This document shows, in pieces, positions 55,013 through 55,737 of a DNA stretch of 55,737 nt. Numbering within the stretch: position 1 is the stretch's first letter; each line of letters opens with the position of its first letter. Origin of the DNA: an uncultured Prevotellaceae bacterium (GTDB lineage Bacteria > Bacteroidota > Bacteroidia > Bacteroidales > Bacteroidaceae); NCBI GenBank assembly GCA_937902455.1, contig CALELI010000144.1:1-55737 (forward strand), given 5' to 3'. The notes under the pieces were generated by a model. That model was not told the DNA's origin and searched no databases. It saw only the letters and a program-made list of their open reading frames with translations. Position numbers and translations under genes: made by a program.

Positions 55013-55737
55013 TTAGAACTGCTGTTCGTCGATTATGTTTCCGTCTTTGTCGATGATGCGCCAGTGGGTGATGTTGCGGTGTTCGCTGCTGATGCTGACT
55101 CCGCACTTGACCAGAGTTCGCAGACCTTGTGCTGAGCCAGTCGAAGCATCCGCCTCGTAAGGGATGGCGTAGCCCTTGTCGTCTATCTGTGCGAGGGAGT
55201 TCTCGACGGTGTCGTCAACTTTCAATTCAAGCACGAAGATATGGGTCTTTGTCCTGATTACTACGTCCGCCCTGCCGAGGATGCTCTTAACCTCGGTATC
55301 GACAGTGGAATTGAGCAGAGAGAATGCCATGTAGAGAAGGAGCTGATAGAAGGATTCGCGCTTTTCCTTGTCCTCCCATTCCTCCTTCGTTATGACATCG
55401 TATGGTATCTTGGAAATATAGGAGCGAAGTGCTGCGAGGGCATCGGACAGGCTGCCGTCGAATACGGCTCTTGCCATGGATTTCACGACATTGTTGTTGT
55501 CATGGACAGTGCGTTTCAATATGATGGGCATTAGGCAGTCGATGAGTCCCTTGCGAACTTCGCTGTTAGGAATTTTCAGTGTGTAATCTTGTAGCAATGG
55601 ATTGTAGGATGCAATGGTGAGATAGCCACTCTGATAAAGCAGCGGCATCGGTGTCTCAGCATCCTCGCATGGGATGCTGAACTCGTTCTCGCTCACTGCG
55701 ACACCGTCATAGTCCAAGGCACGGGTAATCGGGAAAC
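55013..55737 (-). CDS. AAA-ATPase-like protein with C-terminal PD-(D/E)XK nuclease domain (PDDEXK_9/DUF1703 type). It is partial: the N-terminus lies beyond the window end.
   Basis: The C-terminal part ...ESFYQLLLYMAFSLL...GRADVVIRTKTHIFVLELKVD...AQIDDKGYAIPY is typical of this abundant Bacteroidales family. The ORF is open to the window edge. Confidence 0.75.
   Translation of the reverse strand, partial: FPITRALDYDGVAVSENEFSIPCEDAETPMPLLYQSGYLTIASYNPLLQDYTLKIPNSEVRKGLIDCLMPIILKRTVHDNNNVVKSMARAVFDGSLSDALAALRSYISKIPYDVITKEEWEDKEKRESFYQLLLYMAFSLLNSTVDTEVKSILGRADVVIRTKTHIFVLELKVDDTVENSLAQIDDKGYAIPYEADASTGSAQGLRTLVKCGVSISSEHRNITHWRIIDKDGNIIDEQQF

Noticed and set aside
1-55737. tRNA, rRNA, tmRNA or riboswitch genes in the larger non-coding gaps (3678-4285, 19663-20155, 35252-36134, 50109-50932, 53972-55012)
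   Set aside because: Visual scanning found no cloverleaf-compatible T-arm/acceptor pattern (GGTTCGAATCC-like) and no rRNA-like conserved blocks. Riboswitch-type conserved cores were not recognised either. This cannot be fully excluded without covariance-model searches.

Overview
This is a 55.7-kb Bacteroidales chromosomal segment, Prevotella/Segatella-like. The taxonomic call is an inference from SusC/SusD genes, T9SS C-terminal sorting domains, TAnnTTTG -7 promoter boxes, a fused murF-alr gene and the frdCAB order. Most of the window is core metabolism and envelope genes: cysS, a 5'-nucleotidase, a GH51 arabinofuranosidase, a CaCA antiporter, rfbA, acd-etfBA, blaI/blaR1-TonB, frdCAB, murF-alr, ddl and rluD. 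No rRNA gene, tRNA gene, CRISPR array or cas gene was recognised.

Three accessory themes stand out.

(1) Both ends of the window carry directly repeated cassettes, at 1-4010 and 50895-54290. Each cassette has a conserved ~330-bp 5' region, a BspA-type LRR surface protein with a T9SS sorting domain, an unannotated 59-aa acidic ORF ending in AEEW, and a hairpin. The cassette ends are near-identical and the cores are divergent. Cassette A lies next to a small serine recombinase and a 5'-truncated nuclease gene. The contig starts inside the repeat. This recombinase-associated, duplicated surface-protein cassette is my best candidate for an undescribed variation system, but that reading is a hypothesis.

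(2) A SusC/SusD locus with no glycoside hydrolases is followed by a C10 cysteine protease-LRR fusion and a ~1335-aa LamG-type protein, both T9SS cargo. The PUL lipoprotein and the protease share a ~400-aa module.

(3) The non-coding DNA is unusually structured. It contains phased 22-23-bp arrays of short palindromes, long inverted repeats that bracket single genes (frdC with its promoter, and a GxxExxY gene), REP-like hairpins and many heptamer-periodic tracts.

Functional readings of the non-coding elements are hypotheses that need read-level or comparative checks.
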